A stretch of DNA of 64,000 nucleotides. Origin: Hormoscilla sp. (GTDB taxonomy: Bacteria > Cyanobacteriota > Cyanobacteriia > Cyanobacteriales > Desertifilaceae). The stretch is from positions 1 through 64,000 of the forward strand of contig JBFRWI010000102.1 of assembly GCA_051439505.1 (NCBI GenBank). The letters are read 5' to 3'. The notes under the pieces were generated by a model. That model did not search any database. It worked only from the letters and a program-made list of their open reading frames with translations, and had not been told where the DNA came from. Shown piece by piece: positions 60,365 through 64,000 of this stretch. Every line of letters starts with the position of its first letter. Within the stretch, counting starts at the first letter, position 1. The position numbers and the translations under genes were made by a program.

Positions 60365-60855
60365 TCAGCCCGCCGGGGGCTTCAAACATCTTGCATCTTT
60401 CCCGATAACCCGCCGGGAGTTGCAAACATCTTGCATCTTTCCCGATAACCCGCCGGGAGTTGCAAATATCTTGCATCTTTCCCGATAACCCGCCGGGGGT
60501 TCAAACCCCCGGCTAATAGCTAAAGTCGGTTAAAACCGACTACTCTCATATTATCTCGTATTATCTCATATTATCTCATATTATCTCATATTATCTCGTA
60601 TTATCTCATATTATCTCATATTATCTCGTATTATCTCATAATATCTCATATTATCTCATATTATCCTCTCGTTCCCAGGTTCTACCTGGGAACGGTCTTC
60701 TGAGTGGGTACTGCCCACCCTACAAATACTATCGCGTACAAAAATAATTTCATCCCCCGTGCAACTTATTCATCATTCTTCTCAATTCTCAATTCTCAAT
60801 TCTCCATTCTCAATTCTCAATTCTCCATTCTCCATTCTCCATTTTACATTCTCCA
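60365..60855. repeat. Composite repeat block: 40-bp x3, hairpin repeat, TTATCTCRTA decamer x11, ATTCTCM heptamers
   Basis: Direct reading; lies between the two permease genes. Confidence 0.9.
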
Positions 60856-62031
60856 TCACCTTTCTTTTAACTCTACCGCTTTATTTAACAAGTTCATGCT
60901 TAAAGATATGATGAGGTCCAGGATCAGGTATGTAATCATAAATAGGAGAATCACTTCTATGGGACGACCCGTTTGGTTGAAGGTCGTATTCACTACTGAG
61001 TAGAGATCTGGATAGCCGATCGCCAGGGCCAAGCTGGTGTTTTTGGCTAAATTAATATATTGACTGTTTAATGATGGTACTATCACTCGCAATGCCTGGG
61101 GAAATACTACTAACCGCATCGCTAAACTCGATTTTAATCCCAAGGATCTTGCTGCTTCCCATTGTCCTTTCGCTACTGACTGGATCCCTCCCCGGACTAT
61201 TTCCGCTATGAATGCACCCGTATGTACTATTAATCCTACTAGCACCGCTGCATACTCGATCGTTAACCGCAGTCCTCCTTCTATGGATCCTGTTTCCGTG
61301 ACTTCCGGTCTTTGCCAACCCAGTCCCAATATGATAATTATTATCGCTGATATGGCCATAACTATCAGCATTATCAACTCTCGTTGACCTGATGCTGCTC
61401 GTTCGACCATGATTTTGGTTCGCCACCGCCATAGAAATACCATCGCGATCGCCCCCACAACCACCACCGCCAACCACATCCAGGCCGCCATACTATTTGC
61501 AGGCCAAGGAATATAAATTCCCCGCTTACTCAGGAATATCGGACCCGGCCACTCGATCTTTTCTGACAGTTTGGGGAGACTGAAGAACACCGCAAAATAC
61601 CAAAAGAACAATTGCAGCAATAGGGGTGTATTCCGGACTACTTCTACATATATTCTGCTCAACTTCCGCAGCAACAAATTTTCCGAAAAACTCGCTATCC
61701 CCGCTGTTACTCCCAATACTGTCGTGAAGGCGATCGCCAATACGATCACCCGCAGAGAATTTAGCAATCCTGCTAATAACACCCTGCTGTAGGGGTCTGA
61801 AGGTTCATATGGAATTAAACTTTCGCTAATATCAAAGGATGCAGCATTTCCCAGAAAACTAAACCCAAACTTAATCCCCAACTGCTGCATATTCCGGTTT
61901 AAGTTGCTTCCCAGCCCCCCTACCACCAGAATAAATCCTATTACTGCTAGGACTTGGAACGCGATCCGCCAGAAGCGATCGTCTCGCCATAGAGGAATTT
62001 TCTCTTCTTTGTTCCCGGTCATATTACTCAT
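60856..62031 (-). CDS. Amino-acid ABC transporter permease (AapQ/NatG-like)
   Basis: RNTPLLLQL, AFIAEIVRGGIQS..GQWEAA, KNTSLA. Confidence 0.93.
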   Translation of the reverse strand: MSNMTGNKEEKIPLWRDDRFWRIAFQVLAVIGFILVVGGLGSNLNRNMQQLGIKFGFSFLGNAASFDISESLIPYEPSDPYSRVLLAGLLNSLRVIVLAIAFTTVLGVTAGIASFSENLLLRKLSRIYVEVVRNTPLLLQLFFWYFAVFFSLPKLSEKIEWPGPIFLSKRGIYIPWPANSMAAWMWLAVVVVGAIAMVFLWRWRTKIMVERAASGQRELIMLIVMAISAIIIIILGLGWQRPEVTETGSIEGGLRLTIEYAAVLVGLIVHTGAFIAEIVRGGIQSVAKGQWEAARSLGLKSSLAMRLVVFPQALRVIVPSLNSQYINLAKNTSLALAIGYPDLYSVVNTTFNQTGRPIEVILLFMITYLILDLIISLSMNLLNKAVELKER

Positions 62032-62039
62032 TGCTAACT

Positions 62040-63110
62040 TCAGCGAAAAGGAGGAGAATAAAGCAGACCGCCGCGAGTCCACAGGTCATTTTCACCCCGT
62101 GGTAATTTGATTTGAGAATTCTTCCCCAGGTTGCGATCGTATACTTCCCCATAGTTTCCGACATGCTTGACTATTCTCGCAGTAAAGTCATTGCTCAACC
62201 CCAAACCCTCTCCTAAATTACCTTCTACTCCCAAGAAACGCCTGATCGTCGGGTTGTCCGATTTTTTCATCATCTCCACATTAGCACTTGTAATACCTAA
62301 CTCCTCTGCTTCTATCAAACTGTAGGTCACCCATTTCACCACGTCAAACCAGGCCGAATCATTATTAATTGTTGCCGGTCCCAGCGGTTCCTTGGACATA
62401 GTGCTATCCAAAATTATATGCTCTTGGGGATTGGGAAAGTTACTGCGGCGGGCCACTAATGCTGATTTATCTGCCGTCACTCCCTCACAGCGACCTTGCA
62501 TGTATGCTGCAAACGTAGCATCTGCCTGCTGATATGCGATCGGGGTAAACTTCACCCCTGCTTGACGCATTGTATCTGCTAAATTCAGTTCCGTAGTCGT
62601 TCCCGTTCCCACGCAGATAGAACTGCCTTGCAGATCTGGCAAAGACCTGATGTTGCTATCTTTGCGGACCATCATCCCCTGACCGTCGTAGAAAGTCGTG
62701 GGGGCAAATTCCATGCCCACCAAACTATCGCGACCCAGAGTCCAGGTAGTATTGCGAGAGAGGACATCCACCTCCCCACCGTTAAGGGCCGTGAACCGTT
62801 CGCTAGCTTCCAGGTTGCGGTACTCTACCGCTTCTGGGTTATCGAACAATGCCGCCGCCACTGCCCGACAGACATCCACATCTATACCAGAATATTTCCC
62901 GCTTTCGTCTACAAAGCTAAATCCTGGTAAAGTGCCGCTGACGCCACAGATCAACTTGCCCCGTTTTTTCACTATATCCAAGCGACTTGGCTTTTGCTGG
63001 ACATTCTCTGTTATACCACCACAACCCATTATTGGTACCATAGCTAGCAGAGTGACTAATAGCAGAGACGTCCATCTAGCCATAGGTTTGTACTTACTCT
63101 TCTTAAGCAT
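62040..63110 (-). CDS. Amino-acid ABC transporter substrate-binding lipoprotein (AapJ/NatF-like), copy 2
   Basis: Lipobox-like MGC; RNTTWT, FYDGQG, SKEPLGP, GGLLYSPPFR. Confidence 0.93.
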   Translation of the reverse strand: MLKKSKYKPMARWTSLLLVTLLAMVPIMGCGGITENVQQKPSRLDIVKKRGKLICGVSGTLPGFSFVDESGKYSGIDVDVCRAVAAALFDNPEAVEYRNLEASERFTALNGGEVDVLSRNTTWTLGRDSLVGMEFAPTTFYDGQGMMVRKDSNIRSLPDLQGSSICVGTGTTTELNLADTMRQAGVKFTPIAYQQADATFAAYMQGRCEGVTADKSALVARRSNFPNPQEHIILDSTMSKEPLGPATINNDSAWFDVVKWVTYSLIEAEELGITSANVEMMKKSDNPTIRRFLGVEGNLGEGLGLSNDFTARIVKHVGNYGEVYDRNLGKNSQIKLPRGENDLWTRGGLLYSPPFR

Positions 63111-64000
63111 TAGCGGAAAGGAGGAGAATAAAGTAGACCGCCACGAGTCCAGAGGTCATTTTGACCCCGATCGAGCTGAAATTGGGATTTTTTCCCGAGG
63201 TTCCGCTCGTATATTTCCCCATAGTTTCCCACATGCTTGATTATCCTGACCGTAAAATCGTTGGTCAAACCCAAACCCTCTCCCAAAGCACCTTCTACCC
63301 CCAAGAAACGGCGGATGGTAGGGTTATCCGAGTTTTTCATCTGTTCTACATTAGCGCTGGTGATGCCTAACTCTTCCGCTTCAATCAAAGCGTAGGTCGT
63401 CCACTTCACCACGTCAAACCAGGCCGAGTCATTATTCACCGTCACCGGTCCCAGGGGTTCCTTCGACATGGTCACATCCATCAGGATATGTTCCGAAGCA
63501 TTGGGCAGGGTACTGCGGCGGGCGAGCAATTGAGATTTATCCGATGTCATGCCCTCACAGCGCCCTTCCGCATATGCTGCATAGGCCGGGTCTGCCTTTT
63601 GAAATGTCAGGGTTTCGGCATTTACCCCTGCTTCGCGCATCTTGTCGGTTAAGTTCAGTTCTGTAGTCGTGCCTGCTTCCACGCAGACTGATTTCCCGGC
63701 AAAATCTTGCAAAGTTTTGATGCCACTGTTTTTGCGCACCATCATTCCCTGACCGTCATAGAAGGTAGTCGGCGCAAACTCCATCCCCACCGAGGTATCT
63801 CTACTAATGGTCCAGGTAGTGTTACGAGAGAGTATATCTACTTCGCCGCCGTTGAGGGCCGTAAATCTCTCCGTCGAGTCCAGGTTCCGGTACTCTACCG
63901 CTTCCGGGTCGTCAAACAGGGCGGCGGCCACTGCTTTACAGACATCCACATCTAAACCGGAGTATTGACCGTTCTCATCGACAAAGCTAAATCCGGGGAT
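63110..64000 (-). CDS. Amino-acid ABC transporter substrate-binding protein (AapJ/NatF-like), copy 1, cut by the window edge
   Basis: Frame open to 64000 (IPGFSFVDENGQYSGLDVDVC...); same motifs as copy 2. Confidence 0.93.
   Translation of the reverse strand: MPGFSFVDENGQYSGLDVDVCKAVAAALFDDPEAVEYRNLDSTERFTALNGGEVDILSRNTTWTISRDTSVGMEFAPTTFYDGQGMMVRKNSGIKTLQDFAGKSVCVEAGTTTELNLTDKMREAGVNAETLTFQKADPAYAAYAEGRCEGMTSDKSQLLARRSTLPNASEHILMDVTMSKEPLGPVTVNNDSAWFDVVKWTTYALIEAEELGITSANVEQMKNSDNPTIRRFLGVEGALGEGLGLTNDFTVRIIKHVGNYGEIYERNLGKKSQFQLDRGQNDLWTRGGLLYSPPFR

Noticed and set aside
1..64000. High GCGATCGC density as a novel signal
   Set aside because: This is the well-known cyanobacterial HIP1; used only as a taxonomic clue

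Overview
Chromosomal window from a cyanobacterium, most likely filamentous: the HIP1 octamer GCGATCGC is very frequent, heptamer tandem repeats occur, and the gene set is cyanobacterial. The core genes are a TIGR01777 epimerase, a phytol kinase-like protein, two histidine kinases, an RsmB/NOP methyltransferase, a GH57 glycoside hydrolase, cax, asnS, a pmgA-like gene, an M20 amidohydrolase, tsaE, yvcK, mlaF/mlaD, an ftsL-like gene with ftsI, a YyaL-like protein, a Ser/Thr dehydratase and an AapJQM/NatFGH amino-acid ABC transporter. Accessory DNA is interleaved. (i) A 2.44-kb ISKra4-like element with ~250-bp terminal inverted repeats and a 9-bp target duplication cuts the methyltransferase 3' end; three 128-150-bp MITEs share its termini, each carrying a different palindromic repeat. 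(ii) A ~7-kb block between yvcK and tsaE encodes an intact caspase-STAND-WD40 protein divergent from a small helical protein and a 473-aa protein with a hydrophobic tail, a candidate conflict system. (iii) Other defence or toxin loci are an ABC-ATPase/TOPRIM pair, a GmrSD-like nuclease, an Ntox10-like/Imm27-like pair, and intact or decayed toxin-antitoxin genes. (iv) An HU-like/DUF4469 gene abuts a 22-bp palindromic tandem array; a PncC-like protein carries a signal peptide; a trypsin-like protein lacks its catalytic Ser. I found no rRNA, tRNA, CRISPR array or reverse transcriptase. All family calls come from motif recognition by eye, not database searches.
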